A stretch of DNA of 62,738 bases, counting the filler. It is 9 parts of 9 records of this genome, joined end to end, with 100 filler letters (N's around TTAATTAATTAA, not from the genome) between each part and the next. Parts side by side here need not be neighbours in the genome. Positions count along the whole stretch, not along the records: positions 42,401 to 58,990 come from SRR15195285_180; positions 59,091 to 62,738 come from SRR15195285_184; 7 more parts are not named here. One strand, written 5' to 3'. The notes under the pieces were generated by a model. It saw only the letters and a program-made list of their open reading frames with translations. It was not told where the DNA came from and searched no databases. Shown in pieces: positions 54,401 to 62,650 of this stretch (positions are counted from its first letter, which is position 1; the number at the start of each line of letters is the position of its first letter). A program made the position numbers and the translations under genes.

Positions 54401-56683
54401 CAACGCATTTTGGTGCTGGTCACAGGCGCAGGATCTGTGCTCACTGCACACAGCTTGGCTTCTTCAAGCACATCTACTATGCTCGTACTGTGTGCAGCAG
54501 TAGCCATCGTGCCGTCAATCATACTTGACGCGGCGTTACAGTGGCTGCATGCACCTACTGCCCAATGGCTCTACGCAGAGCACCTTGCGCTCCGTGAACA
54601 CGAAGCTGAACGCGCGGCAGAAAAGTCCAAGTCGATGTCGCTTTCACATCAAGGCAACTCCTCGCCAAAGTCCCCACCGCAAAAGAATTCTCGTGGAGGT
54701 CACGGGCTTTTCGTAGATGTCTCGGCTGAAATGCTGAGTGGCGGTGATTCTATGGTATCACCAACATCAACAACTTCCGTCGGTTCCCCTTCGTATATTT
54801 CGCCCACGTCTTCCGTCGGCCTGAGTCTAGCAGCAAACATGGGTTCAAAATGGCGACCAGTTCGTGGGGTGGCATCGCTGCTGATGTTCCACCTTGCAAT
54901 AATCCCATTGGCGCTCGGACCTGCCGCACTTGCAAGTATGTTTCTACTTGAGCGCGCGCACGATGAGCTAGCGCTGATCGGGTTGCGCGCTTGTGTCTCT
55001 TGGGCTATTTATCTCGCTGGTCTTGACCCATTGATAGCTCTATTCATACTGCCGGCGATTTCTTCCTCGTGTCGAGGCGCAGATTCGGCCGACAAATACG
55101 TTGTTGAAGACCACGAAGACCAAGCCAGTGCATCTGACCCCGGGTCGGACCTGAGCTCACCGACAGAGGACAGCCTTTCCGACCACTCAGATACACGAGA
55201 TCGCCATGACGATAGGTACAGGAATGATTCCCCATCCAGCAAGAACGCCGAAAGGCGTACATATTACGAAGGAGAGTTGCAGCCGAATGTGAACCTGACT
55301 GCAAAGCGTCTACCTAATGGCAAACTTCCGAAACCGAAGAGCTATAAAGTGCTGAAGGCGGACACCGCTAAAGGCGGCAGCGCCAAAGGCAGCAAGCGGA
55401 AGAAGGCCCAAGCTGAGGCCGCGGCTCGTGCCGAGAGACGCACGCAACAGAAAGCGCCACCAGGACACAGTTACCTATCTAGGAAGGAGCTTCATGCGAG
55501 AACCAAACCCAGCCACAATCCAAACTCGATGTGGGCAGATTCTCAGACGCATAGCAAGAGCGTAAGCAAGGGGAGCAAGGGAAGCAAGGGTAGCAAGGGA
55601 GCGAAAACCAAACGTGCCGGTGGGGGTACGTCAGATAAGGTAAGGAAGTTGCGCTTGGAGATGACCACACCAGATGCTGAAGAAGTTGACGCTGATGGTT
55701 TACGTGAGGCGGAGCGCCGAGCCATTGCTGCATCGAATGGGTTTGATCCTGTGGCGACGGTATTCGATGCTGTGACGTCCGGAGGGCAGTTCAAATGGAC
55801 CCGAGATGACACTGGCAAGTGGCAAGTGAGGCGGTTGGACGATCGTGATTTTGACGTTGCCTTCGCAGAGAAGGATCGCCGCCGCGCAGCAGACAAGGGA
55901 CTTCAGAAGACCTTCGTGCGGGAGTGTGACAAATATCGCGGTACTAAGGGCGGTTCACTCCCGCCGCTAGACGCTGACCGTGGCGGTGGCAGCCGCCAAG
56001 CATCCAGGGAAAGGGCGAGGGCACAGTTCAAGGCAAAGCAGGCTGCCGCTGCTAGTCAGATTGGCTCCTCGTTACTGCCAGGAGTGGTTCACAGTTCCAA
56101 CAAAGCAGTCAGTTTCTACGAGCCGAATGAGCATTTGGGGGATGTCATTGAAGGTGATCTGCATCGCATCGAGGAGATAAAGCGACAGGCAGCAGGGGAT
56201 GGGAGCGACTCGTCGGACTACGAGTACTACTCAACAGATGATGACGCGGATGGCGGCATGCAAGCGACGAGAGCGCTCGATAAGCAGCGCGAGCAGCGCC
56301 TCAAAGCCAGAGCCCTGCGCTCCAGCAGCAAGAGCATTCGAGATCGCGTGAGCTTCATGAAACAGGACGCGGCGGATAAAGGTCGCATTAGCCTCCGTGA
56401 GGACGGGCGATTGCGTGCGGTAAGCTACAAGGGCCGCGGAGCCGATGTGGCTCAGACGCGGGACATGCAGAACCAGCCGGTGAACAATCTGTCAAAGCAG
56501 GAGTTGAAGATCATTAAGCATAAGGAGGCGAAGAAGAAGAAGGAGGAGCAGGTTGCTGAGACGCTTAAGAATGGCGCAGCCCTGCTGCGTGCACCATCGG
56601 GTCGATGGCTGCTGGGGCTGAAGCCCGATCAAGAGACGCCAGACTACTCGCTACCCCCAGGAGTGGATGCGCCTGCGGACTAG
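42401..56683 (+). CDS. Giant REJ-domain (polycystin-1/PKDREJ-like) multi-pass surface receptor, >4759 aa, 5' truncated
   Basis: One uninterrupted ORF: EGF-like and GCTD..NY..A..DDGSC repeats, CUB-like, IPT/TIG (SPxxGPxxGGT), filamin-like, four TSP1-like, LNR-like, REJ (LDASNSLDP; NTRPQDGSVTVNPETGTALQTTF..W.DEDLPL), degenerate GPS, ~5 TM segments, charged tail. Confidence 0.8.
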   Translation, partial: CVVESRCTYTPAYGNDLAETCVATDLAACAAVAVDADAETCASAGACIYVVPTACSATDASTCAAGNISLPRDMFEQDQTSCESQGECRYTPLHPLTHNCDVHATCSHVSPSSFTCECNDGFVGDGAVCELEYFGCNIIDSINYNPLANVDDGSCIPIVRGCTDARADNFDPDANTDDSTCFYNECLFGTYNATTQRGHNCDGNATCIYDGLGIFSCACNTGYIGNGTYCEIVVEGCMDAAAFNYLPQANVDDGGCIASVWGCMDPLAMNFDPSVNRDDSSCDINPCLVELDDCHEQAHCGHIGPGLHVCTCMEGYVGNGTFCVVPIYTCTYPVAVNYNPACKLAVGACLEDGSCNFPIYGCTDSSADNWNMNANVDDGSCMRFGCTIEEAANFVEGATLDDGSCLVYGCMDPGANNHNAVANRPTNEECTYTVGGCTYVDSLNYNPAANEDDGSCIRIRRGCTHVDAENFDPLANVDDDTCTRIPCYRGDDNCHQNATCVHLGPGSFECTCRPGTVGNGTHCDVAIPGCMDPAAFNYDPVANVENDTCVDVVTGCTDEVAFNFDPNANTDNSSCVPKLKGCTDVRALNYNATANVDDGSCELNFCTLNLHNCSSHADCTYSPRHMVHDSNCSTSVVSSVSAHMNCSHTVAEEFSCACIAAFLGDGYTCTPRIFGCTDATAVNYNIAANTDDGTCIATVEGCTNPVASNYLHAANVDNGGCIIHPCNSTEQLCSDFADCGVVGDHYTCNCRTGYAGNGTTCFQILGCTYPHAMNFNALATQDDASCLFHIWGCTDGNATNYIAAADMDDGSCMYVVPGCTYGTPGCEYGEPGCAYNYDDNATIDDGSCIHVANVGCMDPTMFSFSSDANVHSDEACVPFVYGCTDSSAYNFLPTATSESGNCSYNACETGKHLCDANATCIYTGPMNYTCNCVDGYVGDGVLQADPISTYCGPRDSHDCLAFEKNGTNITCDAIGALAGDPAFVLRHRCLPGCEPIRFGCTDSDAFNYSPSSNIDDGSCVPKMHGCTVPGMFNYNDSKNTNDGSCVPVVEGCTNITSANFKAAANTDDFSCVDPTRGWVYLYVASHATAMSWGITGAGGSTGGSLAEGTLLPSDEYAVRFDGEYSVRHPARLTVGENVLTVAAAGGNGWPGATLSIRQGDDNIVLQTFLTLAFGTSPGKLRFAYQTNITFKVNCTHHSQCGTFQYCSKTGDCRRCGSNPVDICQARNDSVAAPVHEVLERSRQALAPPNGNGFVEMTTACPDKCEVFLGCTNRGAANYNASANIDDDSCNVTGCTDTRGANFVSEANHDDGTCMFMGCIDSTAVNFDSTANMDDGSCVPTVLGCTDTMGANYNISATVDDGNCIIDPCRLDTGDCDVHAVCTHVGPGMHLCECSAGFVGNGFVCSAADTSSIVGAEAAVSPRLGPIEGGTTVYVSLDRLHWRGSSITHVTPVVAGLDSQDRLHNVCETDELRLAHGAIGFDASVLLAEAPECASVIRAPPNYIIRLTFWEWTIAGEDALHVYDGVNMSSPLLGTFGKSDGLTYGTLYSLSSNMYLKFASHAAHTSTVWSADWTFVRKDSTDTEHISIPPSLVLGNASGSVALHVSEERGVGTALLSCSFGETVVPGMVYNRTHMRCVSPKADAAHAVNLTVGFGAKNSTRWIQWIHANESFQYYIATVTHIDPDHSDHNASSLVELTLEPHLQAAVHSDVVSCRLQLLHRGSVRDELYFPAQHATSGFVLCLLPPVRNAMHAVVDVALNGQQYTSSGVRFAYTPAVLSISPEFGPASGGTMLEVQGSGFIDGAEQLCRLYNLSHHIDIVVPALSLNGSTGLWCPLPSEQRFAPGTVLIVSVTVDSCAHSYGDNINTSAFAYSQHNCSFGNHFSGRRLHKRDEFTVYEDPHVLTIAGGGSHAGGDVLVLETHLVTTTTRRIYCGFFSTAPGHSHAQNELFQTIGTYNQSLDTVSCTLPTRSQALSLSQLRVEISLNGQQYTDDGNLFTLYDPMEPPHIYTVSPSSGPKAGGTLVTVVGSNLAGIVGLDCSFNGIRSGRYALQTGLLSAFRPAQFLSGNHELSSVVCLTPPNYRDQENTFGNTAAGVVDLHATNDNGAHWSNSIPFTYLASSPSFTTASITVAGVDVTSSDSITILPLDAISVAVQARDDTGINQTQGSDLVSVVATQVCTSDEPGHRCDAAAERAVVQAQVVDLDRHYNPDWGGASIPGRYAATLSLTVSGNYELAVMMDGIAIMHSPWAINVRHGPASLNASRVYGSGLIDARAGHSAQFTLQARDRHGNNHTDARGPLGFCVHISPFPEHKTCSVCTACPFPDADGTYWATREHLYPPSCVPRSSCNGNTVIGSCSAVSFSGHLVESRSCLHPEECLEVNTWSHLSSIDSRRPSLTCEYDDCGSLCTNSDGSHTMYWTPTAAVRHDILISYDAAPVSGTPFEVEVRSGEANATLCEVSGEYDADGLVDVYRVVLVTVLDSFSNRVVSGVEVFWTLESEDLAVGRLYGKAMDDGNGVHNATFAGDTAGNYHFSMRLMSAASPRGEELGTWTFRLDEDCRDPSVCVTFEWFVPDFPSCPRSCGIAESTMTRAVLCMGSDGNEAQNYALCKGDRPVDTRVCLPTPSCVTYEWFAPDFPVCPTACRLPVSTQTRTVTCLGSDGSTVDEPLCTSAQPATTNICTATPNCTDLIIFEWFGPRFAECPSACGLADSLLQREVLCVGNDGSIALDPADCSDAMPAENRHCNATEPCVTYDWYAPQFPLCPTACGLLSSVHSRVVQCLGSDGTAAEPSLCTKVQPATTSVCSSTPRCPVDDGSWSYSSDSWTGDSASGSSAGDVLGCDDTSHSLASLGDQLCHPFFDCHNLDYDQGDCGVCGQPSIINVSSSLDASLYRLNLYLSIPAVILGAGSSTCSDHIRQVVRRGRIISDIQSLLGRDCTARLVTSTHIQVQLVFGGYLMPNDQIFFSECLLHTEDMGHRALAVTTTVSAPDMHTPMIAEIFAPGEVGPCSVLRLSGAAHNSRGPRALGVLWTTNYTSAGAQVLHSQLVEASNQSALTINVDFGAESDRGAYYSFNLTVINLITGITSSAFHTVFRSQMDIPSVVIAGPQTVKVRRSRDLVIVAKAEKPGCASSGDLQYSWAVVLPSNVTLSGSLESSTLYIPAFTFIPGEIVTLQVVVSVAADAAAAASASVAVHCEADELVPDIRGGSRSVRNSAAFILDASNSLDPSDPTNALSSMLYHWHCDMIVTAAAHRSDEGGSWMSEPSLPCSASFGDNNAETLSVNATKLQPGADYRFTVTVAKTYRREATISAIVSVAQNLNPPIVAIDVAVQAKYNVGDKLSLRSDLDAGATDSEAAFAWSCTVSPRGEAVDLTVPGLLLTSTENSNLVVAPNVLRPGNYYTFRVSVAASNGVGFSELTLETNTRPQDGSVTVNPETGTALQTTFVISSLSWYDEDLPLQHKYGFEIDGTRSALSDFEGSQSIDTVLPSSPDPFPVFVEVADSYLATASAEALVEVDAYVPTASLAEDSSTMLAELTSKGDITAIHALVDVLAAFLNGLAPTRRQLDESSAVSDTDAAVTRVLLITALSDIVQSLPMTPSTLSRFAGTIQAATAGQLVEPRAVDRALVVLEKLTLGVEQRVGGAVAPATMRAMVVTASNVIRSIITGHIDSGWAITGGEAQTRSSSVLGMLERLLTGLQRGRVAGEFPFALQTLEMDLQLYTDFTAVLQGRQLGFVQMSTGVGGSDTSSEQVVMHALTTNWRVNPLFYASPRVLYREAQLVLATEPAMLSLSVQDGERRRLQHHPAADTTLSPFTVTLSRTPAHLQNGENISHWHCAQWIDYSWLIRAPAQAVSTDSVMCKFNAPGTYSAFYGVLPPPPAPTGEGGDSGIVGLSDDVSDNTEQQQIVALAVGGSMLGIGVLGWLSSLFGHLMAWRGLVANLRKTKAFKAYLVSGSALFELPRAVLKEDERPSHLSVAAHRIRAHGTVCSLLCCYRGVLSQRLSQRILVLVTGAGSVLTAHSLASSSTSTMLVLCAAVAIVPSIILDAALQWLHAPTAQWLYAEHLALREHEAERAAEKSKSMSLSHQGNSSPKSPPQKNSRGGHGLFVDVSAEMLSGGDSMVSPTSTTSVGSPSYISPTSSVGLSLAANMGSKWRPVRGVASLLMFHLAIIPLALGPAALASMFLLERAHDELALIGLRACVSWAIYLAGLDPLIALFILPAISSSCRGADSADKYVVEDHEDQASASDPGSDLSSPTEDSLSDHSDTRDRHDDRYRNDSPSSKNAERRTYYEGELQPNVNLTAKRLPNGKLPKPKSYKVLKADTAKGGSAKGSKRKKAQAEAAARAERRTQQKAPPGHSYLSRKELHARTKPSHNPNSMWADSQTHSKSVSKGSKGSKGSKGAKTKRAGGGTSDKVRKLRLEMTTPDAEEVDADGLREAERRAIAASNGFDPVATVFDAVTSGGQFKWTRDDTGKWQVRRLDDRDFDVAFAEKDRRRAADKGLQKTFVRECDKYRGTKGGSLPPLDADRGGGSRQASRERARAQFKAKQAAAASQIGSSLLPGVVHSSNKAVSFYEPNEHLGDVIEGDLHRIEEIKRQAAGDGSDSSDYEYYSTDDDADGGMQATRALDKQREQRLKARALRSSSKSIRDRVSFMKQDAADKGRISLREDGRLRAVSYKGRGADVAQTRDMQNQPVNNLSKQELKIIKHKEAKKKKEEQVAETLKNGAALLRAPSGRWLLGLKPDQETPDYSLPPGVDAPAD

Positions 56684-56825
56684 TCGCATCCTTAGGCTGG
56701 AGCGTTTTGATCCACGTGCAGTTGCATGGGTTTAAACCATGCTGCTCTGCAGGCCAGCGAATGATCGGCCCAATCCGCGACTCAGATTTTGGCCGCAGCC
56801 TCGTTGGAATGAATTTAGTCAGTCG

Positions 56826-58691
56826 TCACACGCTCACCTCCAAGGACTCGTTCAAGGATTCATTCCCAGCTGCTCCTGCCGTCCCTGCGGCTGCGTTCTC
56901 TTTGGCACTAATGATGAGCGCGACTATCCTGCGCTTCGGGCTGCTGCTGTCGAGTGCCTCGTCACATTCCTTTTGGGATACTCCAATCTCCCGGGCTCGT
57001 CGCAACAGCTCCGAATGTTTAAGTGCGTGTAGCTCACGCTCGTCGTCTCCTAAAGCAGGACGCTTGATGGGTGTGCGCAGGAATGTACCAGCATCAGCGT
57101 CTGCACGAGTTCGCATGCGCTGCTGCGGCGGCTGTTGAGAAGGCTGGGATTCAGCCGACCCAGCTTCACCAGGGCCATTGGCACCAGCAGCGGTGGTCGT
57201 GGTTGGTGGTGAGCCGAGATACGAATATCGTCGCCAACTGCAGCATTTCAGTATGCCATCGACACAGCTCTGCGTCAATGACGCGACCACAAGCATCGCT
57301 CCGATCAGCACGGCCAGGCGATTGACCCATGCTGGCACACGCTTGACTGATCCCACTTTGTTCAGGCGCTTCGCAACCGCATCGCAGAAGTGATTGCAGT
57401 TTTGATACAGGATCTGATACGACCTGCCACGCCACTCCTGCTTGAACTCCGCCTGAGCAACAAGTGTGAAAACACCCAAAATGCGGGAACGCGTAGTTAG
57501 CGCACGAGATCCGCGAACAGGTGTGCATACCAGCACACGCACCTGGATGACACTCAATTCGACCTCGCTGATTTCCACAACACCAAGCGGGATCTTCGCG
57601 CGCAGCCGATGTTCGGCCACGTGTCCGATCGGGACCTCGTAGACGCCAGTCCTCTCATCAAAAGTAAATCCGTAACCCCACTCGTCTAGGCCGAGCGCAA
57701 TTCCCGAGTGATAGATGCCGATGAAGTGCCCAAGCCAGCTGTTTACGGTGATGACCCACTCGTACGAAGGGTGGTCACCGTTCCAGTCGTACACCTGCAA
57801 GACCACCGGTCTCGACAAGACCGTGGTAGGGAAGAGCCGCCGCAACAGCAGTTCCCCAACAACACTGGCAGCCTTTTCCTGCTCTGGAGTCAAGCTGGCT
57901 GTGTGTGGTGGCGGCTTCTGTCGTGGAGGAAGCGATGCAGCCTGGACCACTTCGCTGACGCACACCGTTGCCATTCCACCCAGCCGGTCGATCTGATCCA
58001 TTCCCGCCGGAGTTACTGGAGTTGCAGGCAGCGGCTGGTGCTCAACTGCACTGTCGTCTATGTCGACAGATACGTCCAGCAGCGCCGACTCCTCCGCCGC
58101 CTGCGTGGGCACGCTCGCAGCAGGTCGGTCCGGGACGGCCCAGACGCGTGACTGAGCGATGCCTGTCTCGCGGCAGGCAACGAGCCGCGCAAGGTCGCCG
58201 AGAGCCACCGGTCCGACCAAGCCTGCCGCCCTACCAGGCCGCTTGTAGAACACCTGCAGCCGCTTGTCCATGAGTGCAGCCACGGTGGTCTCGCGGCGTA
58301 GCCGCGTGCGCGGCGCGCAGCGCAGGTGCCGTGTACACAGACAGCAGCTGCAACTGAGCGGCAGTGTCAGCGCCACTGTCAGCAGCACAAGGTACACAGT
58401 CCGGGCGCAGTATTCTGATCCGAGCGAGTCAGAGCCGGCCGAGAACTGGCAGTGGGCCGGACTGGCGAGCGCCGCCCCGACGGCGCCGACCAGCAGCAAC
58501 ACCAGCAGCGCGAGGGCGCCCAGCAGTCCGCCAACGATCTGCGACGCCAAGCAGCACGTCGTGCAGCTGCAGCGGTCCAGCGACACCCCGATCAGCGCGT
58601 CCGCGTCCTCGTCCTCCATCGAGGGGTCGAGGCCCTCCTCGCTGTCCGTGGGCGGCGCGGCCACGGCCCCCACCTGGAGGGGCGACGGCAT
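56826..58691 (-). CDS. PPPDE/DeSI (C97) thiol peptidase with N-terminal TM helices
   Basis: VVLQVYD, GIYHSGI..EWGYG, YQILYQNCNHF, VPAWVNRLA; probable in-frame intron 57453-57542. Confidence 0.85.
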   Translation of the reverse strand: MPSPLQVGAVAAPPTDSEEGLDPSMEDEDADALIGVSLDRCSCTTCCLASQIVGGLLGALALLVLLLVGAVGAALASPAHCQFSAGSDSLGSEYCARTVYLVLLTVALTLPLSCSCCLCTRHLRCAPRTRLRRETTVAALMDKRLQVFYKRPGRAAGLVGPVALGDLARLVACRETGIAQSRVWAVPDRPAASVPTQAAEESALLDVSVDIDDSAVEHQPLPATPVTPAGMDQIDRLGGMATVCVSEVVQAASLPPRQKPPPHTASLTPEQEKAASVVGELLLRRLFPTTVLSRPVVLQVYDWNGDHPSYEWVITVNSWLGHFIGIYHSGIALGLDEWGYGFTFDERTGVYEVPIGHVAEHRLRAKIPLGVVEISEVELSVIQVRVLVCTPVRGSRALTTRSRILGVFTLVAQAEFKQEWRGRSYQILYQNCNHFCDAVAKRLNKVGSVKRVPAWVNRLAVLIGAMLVVASLTQSCVDGILKCCSWRRYSYLGSPPTTTTAAGANGPGEAGSAESQPSQQPPQQRMRTRADADAGTFLRTPIKRPALGDDERELHALKHSELLRRAREIGVSQKECDEALDSSSPKRRIVALIISAKENAAAGTAGAAGNESLNESLEVSV

Positions 58692-59253
58692 CGTCCAACG
58701 CGCGATAGCCCGGCGGGAAGACGGAAATTCCTATACTAGTATATTCAGTAGAATTCTTGAGCCGATTGAGCGATGAGCCCACTGCGCACTGGCCGACTGG
58801 GCGACTCCGACTGGACGGCCAACGCCCTGCGCCGTGCTGGATGATTGATAATCCGATTCAGCGATTCGGCGGAAGTTCAAACGAGTACAGTGATCAGTGT
58901 AGGAATTCCTATTATCAATACGTACATGTAGATCTATCGCGCGCGCGGGTTGTGCCCAGGGGCGTGGCCCCCCTCGATTTTTTGAGACGGNNNNNNNNNN
59001 NNNNNNNNNNNNNNNNNNNNNNNNNNNNNNNNNNTTAATTAATTAANNNNNNNNNNNNNNNNNNNNNNNNNNNNNNNNNNNNNNNNNNNNCACCGGCGCT
59101 TGACTTTGCAGAAATGAGAATCGAACACCCTGGCTGCCGCTGCTGACCGCAATAGCGCCTGCGGATGGAGTGAGCCTGAGCGAGCAAGGGAGGGCGATGG
59201 CCTGAGGAGGGTGGGAGCGCTGTACTGATCGTGCGGGGTGGCGCAGGTGCAGG

Positions 59254-61630
59254 ATGCTCATCCCGGCGTTCCAGCTGCAGCTCGGCCACCCGATCGAGCA
59301 TGGGCAGGTCACCGTCGGGAAATACGACGGCAACGCGCCGTCGCTCACATGCGCAACGAACGCCGGGAAGGTGTTCCTGCACTGCCCGCACTCGCGGAGC
59401 GAGGACTACGAGAACGACATCCGGTTCCTGAACATCAATGTGAAGATCACGGCGCTATGCGCGGGGCAGCTCAACCCTGCGCTGCAGCGCGACGTGCTAA
59501 TGATCGGCACGCAGACCAATCTCATGGCGTACGACGTGGAGAAGAACAGCGACATTTTCTACATCGACGTGCCGGACGGCGTGAACGAAATGCTATTTGG
59601 GAAAATCGGCGACTCGGACTCGATGGCGATCGTGGGCGGGAACTGTTCCATCCAAGGCTTCGGGCCTGACGGGTCGGAGTTGTTCTGGACCGTCACTGGC
59701 GACAATGTCACGTCGATGGCTTTTTGCGACGTAGACGAAGACGGGCGGCACGAGCTGCTCGTCGGGAGCGAGGATTATGAGATTCGGATCTTCCAGAACG
59801 AGGAGGTACTAAGTGAAACCACAGAGACGGACAAGGTTGTGGGGCTTTGCCCGCTGCGCGGCACTGTCTTCGGGTATGCGTTAGGAAACGGCACAGTGGG
59901 CGTGTACGACAAGACAAGCCGCGTCTGGCGCGTCAAATCGAAGCACACTGTGACAGCGATCGCAGGCTTTGATTTGGACGGAGACGGGATGCCAGAGCTT
60001 ATCAGCGGCTGGTCAAACGGTAAGGTGGAGGTGCGAAACGACCACAACGGCGAGGTCGTGTACAAAGATTACTTTAACTCATCCATCTCCGGAATTGTGG
60101 AGGCGGACTACCGGATGGACGGGCGAGTCGAAATCATTGTGGCGGGCGCCGACGGCGAGGTGCGGGGCTATTTGCCGACAGACGCCTCCGAAGGGGCTAC
60201 GCCCGAGAGCCTGCAGTCACTGGATGAAGTGGCACGAGACCTAGAGGAGAAGAAGATGACTCTGCTGGCAGAGCTGCAGAACTATGAGGCTGGCATCAAG
60301 TCGTCCAAGTCGAAGAAAGGGGCGACTGACCCGCATCTGATCCCAGCTGATACAAGGGTCGAGGTCAAACTGGAGCCAAACGAAGCTGCCAAATGTGTGG
60401 ACTTGGTGCTGTCGACTTCCACGTACACTGTTATTCAGATGGTCGCCGTATTCAACGACCAGATTTTTGAGGGCGAGAGTTTGGTCACCGCCCCCGACGA
60501 GCCCACAGCAACCGTTCGGGTGCGCCTGGCACCGCAGAAGGATGTCTCAACTACTTTGCAGATCAAAGCGTTCGTGGGCAACCGTGGATCGAACGTTTTC
60601 CATGTGTTTGAGATGGAGCAGAAGCTCCCGAAGTTCGCGATGTACGTGCCGCGCCCTGAGGTCGCAAGCATGCCAGAATCGAATGTGGTGTTCCAGATCA
60701 ACGAGCGCCCCAGTCGGATCAGCTTGTGGCTCAAGTCCGCCTTCGCGATTCCCGATTCAGCCATTCAACAGGACGAAAACACGCTGATGGCTCGCTTCAT
60801 GAGCCTCCGTGATGGAATGCCGATGGTCATCCAGCTGGATGCCAACGGACGCATGGCGGTTGCGACACAGTCGATGGAGGCTGCTGGAGAAGTGGTGCAA
60901 GAGCTGTCGGCCTTCCTGCAGGTATCAGAACTGGAGTCGGTGGCTCACTTTCCGGTCGAAATGGCGGAATTTGAGAAGGTGCTGCAGGCAGTAGACGAAT
61001 TCAACCAGACACGGCTGAAGCTGACGGCCGAGATGGCTGACAGCTCGAACTTGCTTAAGTCGCTCGTCATCAAGGCGGAGGTGCGCTACAGATCTGCAGA
61101 TCTGCTGGGGACTTGCGCTTGCTCGACGTTCCACTGCAGCAATGCCGCCGTAGCCGGCCCAGAGGGACACGCTAGTGCTTTCTTGCGACTTCACAAGAGC
61201 CTGCCTGCCTGTCTGTCTGTCCGTTAAAAACCTCTCGTGCTACGACTGGCGCTCGTGTGCAGGACGCTCGAATCCTTGGCGAAATGAAGCTGATGCAGCA
61301 AATCTATGCGAACTTGTTCGACTTGAATCGCGACCTGATTCTTGAACACACGAAGCGCACAACAAACCACAACCAGCTCCTGGCTGCACTCAAAAACGTG
61401 CGTGCTCCCGCACGGACAGCTCAGCAAATAGCACGGGCCACTCGTCGCTCACAGCGCTGCGTGGTGTCGCTGCAATCGTTGTGCTGTAGGTGAACCAAAT
61501 GATCCAGAAGTCGGCTCGGTTGCGGATGGGTGGCCACAAGATGCGGCTCGTCTCAGATGCACGCGCGGCGATCAAGTCTAACGCGATCCAAAAGCTGTTT
61601 AGAATTATAGAGCGCGGTGTGGCCGACTGA
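59254..61630 (+). CDS. BBS2: BBSome subunit BBS2, ~700 aa, 3 exons
   Basis: [75 protein letters not shown]; exons 59254-61080, 61263-61397, 61490-61630 give KAE|DAR..LK.|VNQMIQK.ARLR.G. Confidence 0.95.
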
Positions 61631-61942
61631 GCAGGTCAACGTGGGCGGCAGAATGCACAGCGACTGATTGAACGGCGCAGATATCTGAGCAGTAGCTCCC
61701 TGTGCTGCCGCGGCAGTGGTGCTCTACTACTACTGAGAGATACTCTACGTTACTACTAGTATCTGGGTAGCAGTCCCCTGAGTAGTATCCCCCTGAGCTG
61801 CCGCGGTTTGAGCGCCTAGCTCTCACATAGCAGCCATATGCGAGGACAGCAGAGGGTACACGCATCGGGAAGGGAACAAGGGCCCGCCGGGCTGACGACT
61901 GACATAGCTCTCGTTTATAAGCGGAACGGCTTGCGCGAAGAT

Positions 61943-62650
61943 TCACTCGTCGTCGTCGGACAGGTCAAACTCCGCGTCAAAATCGTCGTCCGAGTCTTCC
62001 TCCTCCATTGCCAAGTGGTCGATCACCTTCGCGTGCTTGATCCGCTTTTCGAGCGTCGCCGTGCTGAAGTGTTCCGTGTAGCCGAGGCTGTCGAAACCCT
62101 CAATCTTGTCTTCCACCTTGCCGTCCCTAATCAGGCAGATCGTTGGCATCACCACGATCATAAGCTTCTCGACCAGGTACTGCGACTTCTCCGCGTCTAT
62201 CCGCATGAACTTGGTCTCCAGGTGTGCCGGCGCGAGCTTCGACAGATGCATATCCACCACGGCGCAGTGCTTGGTGGTGCTCCTGTAGAAGTGAGCGACG
62301 CATAGGCTGCTCTCCTTGACGTGCTTGAAGAACTCTTTCTGGTCAGTGACTTCCTTCAGCACCCCATGCCCGTTCCGGCGCCCTTCCTCGCGCGCCTGCT
62401 GTTGCTTGCGCATCTGCTCGATGCGCTTCTTCCGGATCGTTTCGTAGTCCTGCTCCATCTCCTCGGCCTCCTCTAGCTGCTTGTCCACCATCTGCTCCAC
62501 GGTCGAGGCGAGCACACCGGCCTGCATCTCCCGGGCGCTCTGCATCTTGCTCGTCGCCATCTCGCGCGCCTCCCGGTCGGCAGCGCGCTGCATGCCGCCC
62601 GACTGCGCCCAGTCGTTGAAGTGCTCCATATCGCCCACGCCGCCGCTCAT
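61943..62650 (-). CDS. TXNDC9: Phosducin-like protein 3 / thioredoxin-domain protein 9
   Basis: RKKRIEQM..GHG..EV..KEFF..K.S..V.HFYR..C.VVD.HL..LA..H.ETKF.RIDAEK..LVEKL.I.V.PT..GF..LG; acidic tail. Confidence 0.9.
   Translation of the reverse strand: MSGGVGDMEHFNDWAQSGGMQRAADREAREMATSKMQSAREMQAGVLASTVEQMVDKQLEEAEEMEQDYETIRKKRIEQMRKQQQAREEGRRNGHGVLKEVTDQKEFFKHVKESSLCVAHFYRSTTKHCAVVDMHLSKLAPAHLETKFMRIDAEKSQYLVEKLMIVVMPTICLIRDGKVEDKIEGFDSLGYTEHFSTATLEKRIKHAKVIDHLAMEEEDSDDDFDAEFDLSDDDE

Noticed and set aside
10144-59090. Regularly recurring TTAATTAATTAA within N runs
   Set aside because: Artificial contig-joining linker, not biology.
61690-61810. Short repeats and small hairpins between BBS2 and TXNDC9
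   Set aside because: Low-complexity 3' UTR-type sequence; stems too short to support a call.
449-62650. Apparent ciliary/Ca2+ cluster (ITPR, BBS12, PKD1-like, BBS2)
   Set aside because: Genes are on separate concatenated contigs, so linkage is not demonstrated.
59254-62650. BBS2 next to the CCT co-factor PhLP3 as a functional pair
   Set aside because: A single convergent adjacency in a compact genome; no evidence beyond coincidence.
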